Source of the DNA: Octopus vulgaris | Taxonomy: Eukaryota | Assembly (NCBI GenBank): GCA_951406725.2 | Contig: OX597832.1 | Location: 6,696,001-6,760,000, forward strand | Direction of reading: 5' to 3' | Length of the DNA stretch: 64,000 nt | Shown: piece by piece, positions 63,614-64,000 of the stretch | Layout: every line of letters starts with the position of its first letter | Numbering within the stretch: the first letter of the stretch is position 1 | Program-made: the position numbers and the translations under genes | The notes under the pieces: generated by a model | Seen by the model: only the letters and a program-made list of their open reading frames with translations | Databases searched by the model: none | Told to the model about the DNA's origin: nothing

Positions 63614-64000
63614 GTAAGTTAACTTTAAGAATTTCATTGAGAAACTTTAATAGAAACACTTCTATGTAGTGAGTAGGGAGTTTTAAATTTTTGTGCCCTA
63701 ACGATAATTAATATTGTGGAGAAATGCTTTAAATTTACCAAACTATACCTCAACAAATTGTTCTGTGATGCTCATATTACCATTATTTAACAGTGAGTCA
63801 ACTAAATATGTATATTCAACCAGAGCCAGATCTCAAGTAATCCAGTAATCATGTTGGAAGTAGAATTGTTTTAAATTTTCAAAAAAAAAGGATATTTCAA
63901 AATAACTTGGAGACAGGACAAGAGAACAGCAGATGGGTCGCCAACAAGGCAACACATGCAGGCATGCACAAACTCACATTCATGTATATGTATACAAACA

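Overview
AT-rich, microsatellite- and transposon-dense animal genomic DNA. The SINE families and (TA)n density suggest an octopus (coleoid cephalopod); this is inferred, not database-checked. Two spliced + strand genes can be assembled by hand with consistent GT-AG phases. (1) The last three kinase exons of a Src42A/FRK-like tyrosine kinase (2768-2946, 7819-7975, 10932-11143), followed by an apparently long, TE-free and partly structured 3' UTR. (2) The first seven exons of an uncharacterised secreted/membrane Cys-Trp-rich protein (35080-63613), continuing past the window. The rest is a TE mosaic: a complete but dead hAT element, Tc1 and mariner relics, TTAA MITEs, a foldback MITE, stacked Helitrons, RTE/Hero/Tx1/CR1-group LINEs, Penelope-like relics, two hammerhead-like motifs, a Gypsy gag relic and several SINE families. 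The most interesting signal is that each of the three kinase exons has a collinear, G-U-rich complementary segment in a flanking intron, the geometry of ADAR editing-complementary sequences. One duplex covers a genomic ATA codon in UAG context whose A-to-I editing would restore the Src-family consensus Met (DIAAQ to DMAAQ). All pairings were found by eye and need folding controls and RNA data.
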